A stretch of 64,000 nucleotides of DNA, taken from contig JAWKWE010000008.1 of NCBI GenBank assembly GCA_041397645.1, positions 28,394 to 92,393 on the forward strand, given 5' to 3'. Origin of the DNA: Hyphomicrobiaceae bacterium (GTDB lineage: Bacteria; Pseudomonadota; Alphaproteobacteria; Rhizobiales; Hyphomicrobiaceae). The position numbers were made by a program, and so were the translations under genes. This document shows, piece by piece, positions 29,717 through 39,598 of this stretch (position 1 is its first letter; every line of letters begins with the position of its first letter). The notes under the pieces were generated by a model, which did no database searches, was not told the origin of the DNA, and worked only from the letters and a program-made list of their open reading frames with translations.

Positions 29717-31108
29717 ATGGATTTCGGGATCAGTTTCCGGCGAACTGACGCTTACGAACGCTCGGGCTCGCGCTGCTGGCATGAAATCGAAGCGACCCCG
29801 CTCAACGAGGTTCGACGCGTTCAGGAAGAAAAGTTGATCGCGCAGATGGCCTATTTGAAGGGCAACTCGGAGTTCTACCAGAAGAAGCTGGATGCGGCCG
29901 GTGTCCGGTTCGACGACGTACGCACTATCGAGGATTTGCAGAAGCTGCCCTACACATTCAAAGCAGAGATCCGCGATAGTCTTGCCGCCCGCAAGCCATT
30001 CGGCCTTCACCTCGCGGCGAGACGTGAAGACATAATTCAGATGCAAGCCTCATCCGGCACGACGGGCAGTCCATCTTATGTTGCCCTGACCCAGTCCGAC
30101 GCCGCGATGTGGCATGAAATGTCAGCGCGTTGCTTCTTTGCTAACGGCGTGCGACCTGGCGACACGGTGCTGCATGCCTTTTCGTTAGCCAAGGGCTTTG
30201 TTGGTGGAATTCCCGTCATGCAAGGTTTGCAATACATGGGCGCGATCGACGTTCCTATCGGCGCCGATGGTGGGGCGGACCGCCTCATTCGTGCATGTGC
30301 CGACATCCGCCCGCGCTGCGTCGTTGGAGCACCTAACTTTGTTCTACATCTGGGAGAGAAAACGCCCGAAGTCTTGGGCATTCAGGCGTCGCAACTGGGT
30401 GTTGAGCGAGTCATCGTGGGCGGCGAGCCGGGTGGCGGCATTCCAACGGTGCGCCGCCGTATTGAAGAACTTTGGGGTGCGAAATGCACCGAGTTGCTTG
30501 GTGGTACTGACCTTGGTGTGACCTATTGGGCCGAGTGCGAAGAGCAGTCGGGCATGCACATGGTCAGCATGGACTACATTATTACCGAACTCCTCGACCC
30601 CGATACCGGAGAAATCATCCCCTTCGAAGATGGTGCTCGTGGTGAGATGGTTTATACGGCCATTGGCCGACAAGCGAGTCCGCTTCTACGCTTCCGCTCT
30701 GGCGACTACATCGAGGTGCTAGGTACAAGTTGCTCCTGCGGTCGAACAGGGCCCAAAATTCGCTGCATCGGTCGCACCGACGACATGCTTATTGTCCGCG
30801 GTGCAAATGTGTTTCCCTCAGCCATTCATAGCGTTATCGGCGAAATGATGCCCGACACCAACGGCGTTGTTCGAGTTGTTGCCGACTTCGAAGGGCACAC
30901 GACGCAGTCGGCACTCAAAGTGATTGTCGAACGCGGACCCCACCGACCTCCTGACACAGACGAGGAGCTAAAAAGCAAAATCGAGGCGCGTTTACGCGAT
31001 GCGCTTGTATTCAAGGCCGACGTCCGTATCGTGAAGCCCGATACGTTCGAGAAGCCCGGCGCAGCGAAGGTTGCGCTTACTCTCCGTAAATACCCCGATC
31101 TGACATGA
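29717..31108 (+). CDS. Phenylacetate-CoA-ligase (PaaK)-family CoA ligase
   Basis: ASSGTTGSP P-loop, GGEPG, PLLRFRSGD, GRTDDMLIVRGANVFPS and PGAAK. Confidence 0.88.
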   Translation: MDFGISFRRTDAYERSGSRCWHEIEATPLNEVRRVQEEKLIAQMAYLKGNSEFYQKKLDAAGVRFDDVRTIEDLQKLPYTFKAEIRDSLAARKPFGLHLAARREDIIQMQASSGTTGSPSYVALTQSDAAMWHEMSARCFFANGVRPGDTVLHAFSLAKGFVGGIPVMQGLQYMGAIDVPIGADGGADRLIRACADIRPRCVVGAPNFVLHLGEKTPEVLGIQASQLGVERVIVGGEPGGGIPTVRRRIEELWGAKCTELLGGTDLGVTYWAECEEQSGMHMVSMDYIITELLDPDTGEIIPFEDGARGEMVYTAIGRQASPLLRFRSGDYIEVLGTSCSCGRTGPKIRCIGRTDDMLIVRGANVFPSAIHSVIGEMMPDTNGVVRVVADFEGHTTQSALKVIVERGPHRPPDTDEELKSKIEARLRDALVFKADVRIVKPDTFEKPGAAKVALTLRKYPDLT

Positions 31109-32712
31109 CAATCTTCAAATCACTCCTGGACAAGGGTTCGGAAAATTTCCGAGCGAACGATGCGCAATACCGCGCAAGAATTAGAAGACTGCACGAGCTG
31201 CGGCTGGAACAACGTGCCGGCGGCCCGCCCAAAGCACGGGAGCGACACGAGGAGAAGGGCAAGATCTTGCCACGTGATCGCGTCGAACGGCTGATTGATC
31301 CAGGAAGCCCCTTTTTGGAGCTGGGTGAACTTGCGGGCCTAAATAAGTATGAAGGCGTGCCTCCTGGTGCGGGCATCATCACCGGCATTGGCGTGATCGA
31401 AGGGCGCCACTGCATGATCATTGCGAACGACGCCACCGTGAAGGGCGGCACTTATTTCGGTATGACGAGCAAGAAGCATGTGCGCGCTCAGCGTGTCGCT
31501 TGGAGCAACCGGCTGCCGGTGATCACGTTGGTGGATAGTGGTGGAGCCTTTCTGCCCGAACAAGCGAACATTTTCCCTGACGAGGGCCAGTTCGGCTCGA
31601 TCTTCCACAATCAAGTAGGCATGTCGGGCGATGGCATTCCGCAGATTGCCGTGGTGATGGGGCCTTGTACCGCAGGGGGTGCCTATATTCCGGCGTTGTG
31701 CGACGAGGTTGTGATCGTGCGCGGTCAAGGATTCATGTACCTTGGCGGGCCCGAACTGACGTTCGCCGCGACTGGCGAACGGGTCGACGCCGAAACATTA
31801 GGCGGCGGCAAGATGCATTGCGCAATCTCGGGAGTGACCGACCATCTGGCTGAAAATGACGCCCATGCGCTGGCGATTACTCGACAAATCGTCGCACATC
31901 TTGGCGAGAAGACCAGTCCTCGGAAAACTCCCGTTGTGCCGAGTCCGCCCGCTTATCCGGTTGATGAAATCTACGGCATCGTCAGTCGTGACGCCAAGGT
32001 GCCAACCGATAATCGCGAAATCGTCGCGCGCCTCGTCGATGGCAGCGAACTACACGAGTTCAAGCCACTGTATGGCGACACTTTGATCACTGGTTGGGCA
32101 CGTATTCACGGCCACGAGGTCGGCATCCTGGCCAACAACGGAGTGCTCTTTGTCGAGGCAGCTTTGAAGGCTGCGCATTTCATTAACCTCTGCGTGCAGC
32201 GCGACATTCCGCTTGTCTTTCTCGCCGACGTTAATGGCTTCATGGTTGGACGCGAAGTAGAGCAGGCAGGCATCGCGAAGGCGGGCGCCAAGATGATTAC
32301 TGCCATGTCGTCGGCTCGCGTGCCGAAGTTCACGGTGATCACCGGTGGCTCCTACGGTGCGGGCTACCTCGCAATGTTGGGCCGACCGTTTCAGCCCGAC
32401 GCCATGTTTGCCTGGCCGAACGGACGCGCGGCCATCATGGGACCAGAGCAGGCAGCGAGCGTGCTGTCCCAAGTGCGCGCTCAGATCAACGACCGAGAAG
32501 GCAAAAGGTGGACCGCCGAAGAAGAAGAGGTTTTCAAGGCACCGATTCGTCGCGAGTATGAGACGTTTCAGGATGCGTACAATTTCGCATCGAATCTTTG
32601 GATTGACGGCGTTATCGAGCCCGCCGAAACGCGCGATGTGCTCGCGCTGCTCCTAGATGTCGCCTCCCGACGTCCGAAGGTTGACAGCCACTTCGGCGTT
32701 TTTCGGTTTTAG
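31105..32712 (+). CDS. Carboxyltransferase (MCC-beta-like) subunit, module 2
   Basis: IANDATVKGGTY, LVDSGGAFLP, CTAGGAYIPA, ANNGVLF and GGSYGAG. Confidence 0.93.
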   Translation: MTIFKSLLDKGSENFRANDAQYRARIRRLHELRLEQRAGGPPKARERHEEKGKILPRDRVERLIDPGSPFLELGELAGLNKYEGVPPGAGIITGIGVIEGRHCMIIANDATVKGGTYFGMTSKKHVRAQRVAWSNRLPVITLVDSGGAFLPEQANIFPDEGQFGSIFHNQVGMSGDGIPQIAVVMGPCTAGGAYIPALCDEVVIVRGQGFMYLGGPELTFAATGERVDAETLGGGKMHCAISGVTDHLAENDAHALAITRQIVAHLGEKTSPRKTPVVPSPPAYPVDEIYGIVSRDAKVPTDNREIVARLVDGSELHEFKPLYGDTLITGWARIHGHEVGILANNGVLFVEAALKAAHFINLCVQRDIPLVFLADVNGFMVGREVEQAGIAKAGAKMITAMSSARVPKFTVITGGSYGAGYLAMLGRPFQPDAMFAWPNGRAAIMGPEQAASVLSQVRAQINDREGKRWTAEEEEVFKAPIRREYETFQDAYNFASNLWIDGVIEPAETRDVLALLLDVASRRPKVDSHFGVFRF

Positions 32713-32724
32713 GTGCGCCAGACC

Positions 32725-34740
32725 ATGCGTATTAAAACACTCCTCATTGCCAACCGTGGTGAAATCGCCTGTCGGATCGCGCGCACGGCCCGCGCGCTCG
32801 GAATTGCACCGATCGGTGTTCATTCCGACGCTGACGCCAAGGCGTTGCATGTGCGCGAAATCGGCCGGTCGCTGAGAATCGGACCCGGGCCAGCTGCCGA
32901 GAGTTATTTGCGAATCGAAGCGGTGATTGCTGCCGCCCGGCAGGCCAGCGCAGACGCAATCCATCCGGGTTACGGCTTTCTGGCAGAAAATCCGGACTTC
33001 GCCCGCGCGGTGGAGGCCGCCGGTATGATCTTCGTTGGCCCCACAGTCGACACGTTGCAGCGGTTTGGCGACAAGGCCAGTGCCAAAACGGCCGCAATAG
33101 CTGCCGGCGTGCCGGTCATTCCCGGTAGCGACGGCGTAATGTCTGACGCTCTTCAGATTGCACAAGCGGTGCGGGAAGTAGGGCTTCCGGCACTCTTGAA
33201 GGCTGTTGGCGGTGGAGGCGGTCGCGGTCAGAGGTTGATCGAGAACGAAACGACGCTGAATGAAGACATCGAGAGCGCTCAACGCGAAGCGAAATCTACC
33301 TTCGGCTCCGAAGGACTTTTGCTGGAGCGCTTCCTGCCTGAGGCTCGCCATGTTGAAATTCAGATTGCTGGCGATGGTAAGGGTCGCGTATTGCATCTCT
33401 TTGAACGCGACTGCACCCTTCAGCGCCGACATCAGAAAGTGATCGAGGAAGCACCGGCTTGGGGGCTGCCACGGCCATTTCTCGATCGGATAGCTCAGGA
33501 TGCGGTCCGGCTGGCGGAGGGGGTGAACTATCGAGGGCTCGGAACCGTCGAGTTCTTGGTACTGGGCGAGGAGTATTTTTTTCTTGAAGTGAATCCCCGA
33601 ATCCAGGTTGAGCATCCGGTAACCGAGGCAGTCACCGGGCTAGACCTCGTCGCGCTGCAAATTCGTATCGCAGAGGAGGCAGGTTTGGGCCTGACACAGG
33701 ATCAGATCACCTGCACCGGCCACGCCGTAGAGGCGCGACTTTACGCCGAGGACCCGCGGATGCAGTTCGCTCCCTCAACGGGCCTAATCACGGCGCTTTC
33801 GCTGCCGAGCGGTCTACGGATTGATAGTGGCGTCGAGGCGGGCGACAGCGTGAGCCCATTCTACGATCCGATGGTGGCGAAGTTAGTCGTGCATGATTCC
33901 AATCGAGATGCAGCTCTGGCGAAATTAGCTCGAGCACTGGACCATGTGGTTGTGGATGGCATCGAGACCAACCGCGATTTCCTGGCGGCTCTTGCGCGGA
34001 ACGCCCATTTCACACGAATGCATGTCCATACCCGTTGGATTGACGGTTGCGTCGATGCGTTGGTTGTCGCTCCGCAGCGCTCGGATGAGCAGTTGTGGCA
34101 GGCGGTGGCGGCGGTCCTGTTCGTCACCAGTGGGCGCAGAGACGGAGACGCCAATCCTTGGCAAAACCGGGACAAGTTTACCGGCTGGAGACTGGGCCTT
34201 GGCGGCACGCTGGGGGAAGCCGGCCAGCGTGTGATCGTCGCTCGCTCGGCCACTTTCGCCAAGGAGCTGCGCATCAGTCCAGTGAGAAATGACCACAGCT
34301 TCGTTGTCTATAGCGACGACAGCACTTCCCTCGCCTTGCAAGTAACTGAACTTCAAGATGGCTCGTATCAGGTCACACATGAGGATGAAGCCATTACCAT
34401 CGAAGCGTGCGTTCGAGGGAGTTCGATCGAGATCGACACGCCTTGCGGCCGTCACGTTTACCAAGCGTCTACATCGCTGGCTTTTGCCGAGGTAGATAGC
34501 GCCGCGGACCGCATTCTCTTGTCTCCACTAACCGGCAAAATTGTCAAGGTATTGGTCAATGAGGGGACTCCAGTAGCGGCCGGGGAGGTTGTGGCGATCC
34601 TGGAATCTATGAAGCTCGAGATTTCTATAAAGGCGATGGTGTCGGGGGTAGCGAAAAATATATCCGTTTCGCAAGGCGCGATGGTGGATCGAGGGCAGCC
34701 AATCGTCGAGATAGCTCTCTTAGAAAGTGAGGTTTCATGA
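32725..34740 (+). CDS. Carboxylase alpha subunit (BC plus biotinyl domain), module 2
   Basis: LLIANRGEIACR, HPGYGFLAEN, ERDCTLQRRHQKV, FLEVNPRIQVEHPVTE and biotin motif ESMKLE. Confidence 0.93.
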   Translation: MRIKTLLIANRGEIACRIARTARALGIAPIGVHSDADAKALHVREIGRSLRIGPGPAAESYLRIEAVIAAARQASADAIHPGYGFLAENPDFARAVEAAGMIFVGPTVDTLQRFGDKASAKTAAIAAGVPVIPGSDGVMSDALQIAQAVREVGLPALLKAVGGGGGRGQRLIENETTLNEDIESAQREAKSTFGSEGLLLERFLPEARHVEIQIAGDGKGRVLHLFERDCTLQRRHQKVIEEAPAWGLPRPFLDRIAQDAVRLAEGVNYRGLGTVEFLVLGEEYFFLEVNPRIQVEHPVTEAVTGLDLVALQIRIAEEAGLGLTQDQITCTGHAVEARLYAEDPRMQFAPSTGLITALSLPSGLRIDSGVEAGDSVSPFYDPMVAKLVVHDSNRDAALAKLARALDHVVVDGIETNRDFLAALARNAHFTRMHVHTRWIDGCVDALVVAPQRSDEQLWQAVAAVLFVTSGRRDGDANPWQNRDKFTGWRLGLGGTLGEAGQRVIVARSATFAKELRISPVRNDHSFVVYSDDSTSLALQVTELQDGSYQVTHEDEAITIEACVRGSSIEIDTPCGRHVYQASTSLAFAEVDSAADRILLSPLTGKIVKVLVNEGTPVAAGEVVAILESMKLEISIKAMVSGVAKNISVSQGAMVDRGQPIVEIALLESEVS

Positions 34741-35696
34741 GCGATTTTCCAAAATTCGTCGAGTTCAGGGAAGAGGGACCTCGGGAAGGGTTTCAGATTG
34801 AGAAGAAGATCTATTCGATCGAAGAGCGAGTTGAACTGATCGACATGCTCAGCGATACCGGGCTGAAGCGAATTCAGGTTGGCAGCTTCGTCAATCCGCA
34901 AAAAGTGCCTCAAATGGCTGATACGGCCGAACTGTTCAAGCGCATCAAGCGGGTGTCTGGCGTTAAATACACATCGCTCTGGCTTAACGACAAAGGTTTT
35001 CGCAAGGCGCTCGCTGCGCATCGGGTCGATATTGATCCGCGCCTTTTGTTCTATCCATCTGACACATTCTCGCGAAAGAACAACGACGCGTCGTCGATGG
35101 AAATGCGCGAAAAGCAGCGCGAATGGGTTAAGCTCTACAAAGAAGACGGTTACGCTGTCGAGACGGCGTACGTGATGACCGCATTCGGATGCAATTTCGA
35201 AGGACCGATTCCGCAGGATCGCGTCTTAGACGATTTCCGCTACATTCTGGAGCTTTGTGCAGAAGAAAATATCGCGCTGCCGATTTTTGTTGTGGCCGAC
35301 ACAATGGGCTGGGGCAATCCCGAGTCGGTTAAGCGCATGATCGGAGCGCTGAAAGACCTGGCGCCTGACGCACGCATTGGCATGCATCTACACGACACCA
35401 GAGGTCTTGGGATAGCTAACGTTCATGCGGCGCTTTCTATGGGCGTTGACATGTTTGAGAGCTCCGTCGCCGGATTGGGCGGATGTCCGTTTGCAGGTCA
35501 CGGCCATGCGCGCGCCGCCGGGAATGTCTGCACCGAGGATGCTGTGTTTCTGTGCCATGAACTCGGCATAGCGACCGGGGTCGATCTCGATAAATTAATC
35601 GCCGCTTCCGCTTATGCCGAAAAGATTATTGGTTCCCCGTTAATGGGCCGCGTGATGCATTCGGGTGGCCTCGAGAAGTATCGTAAGGTCAGCTGA
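34737..35696 (+). CDS. HMG-CoA lyase family C-C lyase (REG variant)
   Basis: EEGPREGFQ (canonical is EVGPRDGLQ), SFVNPQKVPQMAD, ADTMGW, HLHDTRG, GLGGCPFA and GNVCTED. Confidence 0.87.
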   Translation: MSDFPKFVEFREEGPREGFQIEKKIYSIEERVELIDMLSDTGLKRIQVGSFVNPQKVPQMADTAELFKRIKRVSGVKYTSLWLNDKGFRKALAAHRVDIDPRLLFYPSDTFSRKNNDASSMEMREKQREWVKLYKEDGYAVETAYVMTAFGCNFEGPIPQDRVLDDFRYILELCAEENIALPIFVVADTMGWGNPESVKRMIGALKDLAPDARIGMHLHDTRGLGIANVHAALSMGVDMFESSVAGLGGCPFAGHGHARAAGNVCTEDAVFLCHELGIATGVDLDKLIAASAYAEKIIGSPLMGRVMHSGGLEKYRKVS

Positions 35697-35884
35697 AGAA
35701 CGATCGAAAGAGCGGCTTGCTTGGTGAAGTGATCTGGTGATCACAGCGGTAAATCGGGGCACTGATTGAAAATCGCGCTGACAGCCGCAGAGGATTGTGT
35801 AGTCGTTGCGGTCAGGGCTAATAGCGAAAGCATCTGGCCAGAAAAGCCCGGCACGCAAAAAGCAGCGGACCAAAGGAGGAAGGG

Positions 35885-37438
35885 ATGTCGAATGTACTCC
35901 TGGCTGCGGGTCAGACAAATGTCTACGGACTATTCAGAACTTGTGCACAAAAGCAGCCATTTGGTACCGCGCTCGAGTATGAGGGGGGTACTGTTTCATA
36001 CGGTGAACTTCTGAAGAGAGTGGATGGGCTTGCTTCCGCCTTACTCAATAGAGGCGTCAATACAGGCGACCGTATTGCAATCCTTTCGCATAACCGTCCC
36101 GAGTATGTCGAACTGCAGCTGGCAGCGGCGGCAATCGGCGCTGTCGTGGCGTGCTTAAACTGGCGGCTGGCGCCGGCCGAACTCAAGCATTGTATCGAAC
36201 TTGTTGAGCCGGTGGTGGCGGTCGTGGAGCCAGAATTGCTTGCGACGTTTGTCGCCGTGTCTCAATTGCCGATAATCGAAGTCGGCGTTGAGTGGATCCG
36301 CATGCGCTCGTCGGCCGCCCTCGATTCGAGGCTGGGAACGATGCTCGATAGCAATGAGCAGGGTTTGACTATTCTTTTTACCTCAGGGACCACGGGACTA
36401 CCCAAAGGCGCGCTGATCAGTCATCGCGCACATGTGGCGCGCGCCATGGCTTTTGCAGCGGAACTAATGCTTGATTCACGAGACGCCTTTGTTGCCTGGG
36501 CGCCTATGTTCCACATGGCCTCGACCGACCATATGCTGGCAACGCTCCTGCGAGGAGGTACGGTTGTTGTCATCAACGGCTTCGAGCCAGAGGCGATCAA
36601 CCGTGCGTTGGCGCAGCACGAGATCGGATGGCTGGTGATGATGCCAGGCGTGCTAGATGCCTTCATAGAGTTGCGGAAAGCCAACCCAGGGCCAATCAAG
36701 GGGATTAAGGTCTGCGGCGCTATGGCGGATCTTGTGCCGCGGCATCAGATCGCGGAGCTGACGCGCCTGTTGGATGCCCCCTATCTGAACTCCTTCGGCG
36801 CTACTGAAACGGGTCTGCCGCCGGCAAGTGGGTCTGTCATTGAGGTCGGCGTGACACCGACCGATCTAGCCAAGCGGATTTCATCGTTTTGTGAGATCAG
36901 GTTGGTTGATCCTTTAGACAACGATGTGCCCGATGGCGAGCCGGGCGAAATGGCGATCCGCGGGCCTACCCTGTTTTCAGGCTACTGGAATGCTCCTGAA
37001 ACCAACGCCGTCGATTTCAGAGGTGGCATGTTCCATATGGGTGATACGTTTCGGCGGCTCCCCGATGGACGCGTCGATTTCGTTGATCGAGTGAAATATA
37101 TGATCAAGAGCGGAGGTGAAAACGTTTACCCGGCCGAAATCGAGCGAGTGTTATTGGCTCATCCAGCAGTTCTGGAAGCCGCAGTCGTGAAAGCTAGCGA
37201 CCCTAAGTGGGGAGAAACGCCAGTAGCGTTCGTCGCTTGTGATGAGGCAGCAGTTCGCGCCGATGAATTGTTGCTACTCTGCAACGAACGGCTGGCCAGA
37301 TACAAACGACCAAGAGAAATCCGGTTCATCGCGTTCGATGATTTCCCGCGTTCGACCAGCGGCAAAGTCCAGCGTCACGTTCTGGAAGACCGCTTGAAAG
37401 AGCAAAGTCTCGGTAATCGAACAAGCAATTCAGTGTGA
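35885..37438 (+). CDS. Acyl-CoA synthetase (AMP-binding)
   Basis: GGAGG RBS; FTSGTTGLPKG, FGATETG, FHMGD, KSGGENVYPAEIE and PRSTSGKV. Confidence 0.92.
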   Translation: MSNVLLAAGQTNVYGLFRTCAQKQPFGTALEYEGGTVSYGELLKRVDGLASALLNRGVNTGDRIAILSHNRPEYVELQLAAAAIGAVVACLNWRLAPAELKHCIELVEPVVAVVEPELLATFVAVSQLPIIEVGVEWIRMRSSAALDSRLGTMLDSNEQGLTILFTSGTTGLPKGALISHRAHVARAMAFAAELMLDSRDAFVAWAPMFHMASTDHMLATLLRGGTVVVINGFEPEAINRALAQHEIGWLVMMPGVLDAFIELRKANPGPIKGIKVCGAMADLVPRHQIAELTRLLDAPYLNSFGATETGLPPASGSVIEVGVTPTDLAKRISSFCEIRLVDPLDNDVPDGEPGEMAIRGPTLFSGYWNAPETNAVDFRGGMFHMGDTFRRLPDGRVDFVDRVKYMIKSGGENVYPAEIERVLLAHPAVLEAAVVKASDPKWGETPVAFVACDEAAVRADELLLLCNERLARYKRPREIRFIAFDDFPRSTSGKVQRHVLEDRLKEQSLGNRTSNSV

Positions 37439-37559
37439 TCCAGGAATCCGGGAGAACTGCAACGCGTGTGAATTCGCACTTGACGACGCATTTGTTTCGC
37501 AGGTCGGTCAATTCCAATGTCTGTCACCGCATACAGTGTCGAGCGGTAGCCGATCGTCG

Positions 37560-37961
37560 TCACATTACCAGAAAGTGGAATAGCCCCTTGGCCACGGGGT
37601 TCTCTGGCTCCGCCTGCCAACTTACGGCTTGGACACTTGCCATCCTGCGCCCTTTCCTCAACACCACAGCTCGCACATTCAGTGGCTCTGCGATCGCAGG
37701 CCTTAGGTAATCCACCGTAAGATTGATCGGCTTCGGACTCCGTTGTTCAAGGTCTTGCCAAACTGCTACGGATGCGACCACTTCCATAACGCTGGCAATG
37801 ATGCCGCCATGGTAGTAGTTCATGACAGGATTGCCTATGTAGTTTTCAGAAAAAGGCATCCGACCGGAGACTTGTCTGTCCTCGATGTCCACGATGGTGA
37901 AGTCAAGAAACCTGAAGAAGGGCCTTGTCATCAGTAGTGCAGTTGTCTCCTCGGGAGTCAT
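37560..37961 (-). CDS. PaaI-family hotdog thioesterase
   Basis: IGNP..YYHGGIIAS, NLTVDYLRPA and GRRMA. Confidence 0.85.
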   Translation of the reverse strand: MTPEETTALLMTRPFFRFLDFTIVDIEDRQVSGRMPFSENYIGNPVMNYYHGGIIASVMEVVASVAVWQDLEQRSPKPINLTVDYLRPAIAEPLNVRAVVLRKGRRMASVQAVSWQAEPENPVAKGLFHFLVM

Positions 37962-38440
37962 GCTGGGTCCCGCGGTTTCTGGTCATCGAAAAAGCTTTTC
38001 TCGCCTCGTGTCAAAGCGAAGGTAGCAGCGCCCCGTGCAACTTCGTCGCCCTTGTCATCATCAAACCAAATGACGCCGGAGTTGAAAGCAATATGGCGAG
38101 TCTGGTGGTAGCATTTGGCGCGCACCAGCACATCAGCGCGCGATTGTGCTGGCCTGAGGTAATCCACGCGCAAGTCAAGCGTGGCCATGGTACTGATGTC
38201 GTCGACTTCAATGAAATTGACGATTCCAAATACGCTATCCAGTAGCGCAGTCAGTACTCCGCCATGGAGAAGGGTCGGCGGCTCGTCAATACAGAAAATG
38301 GGGTTAAACGGCATGCGGACTGTCACGCCGTCAGGCCCGAGCCCCTCGATCCGAAGGTTCATCTGAGTAATGAGACCTTTTGCCCTCGTGATCCAGAGAG
38401 TGCTTATTTGCTCAAAGCGTTGCTGATCTTTGAGGAGCAT
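37958..38440 (-). CDS. PaaI-family hotdog thioesterase
   Basis: LHGGVLTALLD and ATLDLRVDYLRPA; ATGA overlap with its partner. Confidence 0.87.
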   Translation of the reverse strand: MLLKDQQRFEQISTLWITRAKGLITQMNLRIEGLGPDGVTVRMPFNPIFCIDEPPTLLHGGVLTALLDSVFGIVNFIEVDDISTMATLDLRVDYLRPAQSRADVLVRAKCYHQTRHIAFNSGVIWFDDDKGDEVARGAATFALTRGEKSFFDDQKPRDPA

Positions 38441-38555
38441 CGGTTCGAACCTAGATGATGATTGCAGGAGGGACTTGGCGGAGATTTTCGGTTACTTGGG
38501 CAACTTCTAGGGAAAGGCGGCGTGGTACGACCCGCATGGTAAGGGTGGCAAGAAA

Positions 38556-39407
38556 TCAGCCGTGTCGTCGATCGCCGCGTTCGCGGTTAACAAACATTTC
38601 GGTGTTGATCATGTCGCGCGCGTCGTGTGCGAGGTGGAGGGTTTCCCCACCGTCCACGTACCAATCTTCACCGGTGATGAATTTGCCCAGCTTTGACGCA
38701 AGAAAGATAATCGCGCCAGCGACATCCTCAGGGCCGCCCATGCGGTTCAGAACGGAACGGTTGAGTTCACTCCATCTCTGCGGGGGAATCGGATAGCGTC
38801 CGAGCGCCTCCGTCTTGACGGTGCCGGGTGCTACGCAATTGAGCCTGATTCCATATTGTGCCCACTCGGCGGCGAGGGTCTTCATTAATCCGGTCACGCC
38901 CGCGCGTGCAGCGGCGGTGTGAGCGAAGCCGGTTAAGGCGGTGCGGCTCACCGCCGTCACAAAGACGATGGAGCCGCCATGGTCGAACATGAAGTGATCG
39001 GCGACGGCCCTCGTCATCTGCCGTGATCCAATTAGATTGTTACGAATTACGGCCTCAAAACCTTTATTGGTAATATCGCGTGCGGCGGCGACATACTGCC
39101 CACCCGCGTTGTTGACCAACACATCCAAGTGCCCGTAGTCCTCCTTGATGCGGCGCATCGCAGAAGCAACACTTCCTTCATCTCGGATGTCGCCCGAAAT
39201 CACTAATGCTTCGCCGCCATGAGATCTAATCATCTCAGCGGTTTGCCGCAGCGGCCCCTCTTGGCGAGCGAAAAGCACGACTTTTGCTCCGCAGCGTGCC
39301 ATTTCGATCGCGGTTGCGCGGCCCATACCAGAGCCGCTGCCGGTGACGAGCGCGACTTGATCAATCATTAGGCTAGGGGCGAATCGACCCCCGATTTCCT
39401 CGTTCAT
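38556..39407 (-). CDS. SDR oxidoreductase, AtuB/dienoyl-CoA-reductase-like clade
   Basis: TGSGSGMG, NNAGGQY, AHTAAARAG and YITG-like FITGE..YVDGG. Confidence 0.85.
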   Translation of the reverse strand: MNEEIGGRFAPSLMIDQVALVTGSGSGMGRATAIEMARCGAKVVLFARQEGPLRQTAEMIRSHGGEALVISGDIRDEGSVASAMRRIKEDYGHLDVLVNNAGGQYVAAARDITNKGFEAVIRNNLIGSRQMTRAVADHFMFDHGGSIVFVTAVSRTALTGFAHTAAARAGVTGLMKTLAAEWAQYGIRLNCVAPGTVKTEALGRYPIPPQRWSELNRSVLNRMGGPEDVAGAIIFLASKLGKFITGEDWYVDGGETLHLAHDARDMINTEMFVNRERGDRRHG

Positions 39408-39519
39408 TTCCGATCTCCAACATCGGTCAGGACGACTTCCATGCGATGGCCAACTGGCCCATTTCCTGCCGCTCCGCGACTGGCCGCAGAGATCAGCCTA
39501 TCCGAGGCATTGACCAAAA

Positions 39520-39535
39520 TCAAACATATGTTAGA
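39520..39535. promoter_or_regulatory. Operator copy 4, TCAAAC-ATAT-GTTAGA
   Basis: Lies between the divergent SDR and carboxylase module 3, just downstream of TTGACC (39510-39515). Confidence 0.75.
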
Positions 39536-39598
39536 AAAAATTAGCGGGTCTGGATCGGTCCCACGACGGTGGACCGCTAGAAAATTTGAGATGAACGA

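Noticed and set aside
39541-39580. Imperfect hairpin in the leader of carboxylase module 3
   Set aside because: Short, mismatched, and unlike any riboswitch I recognise.
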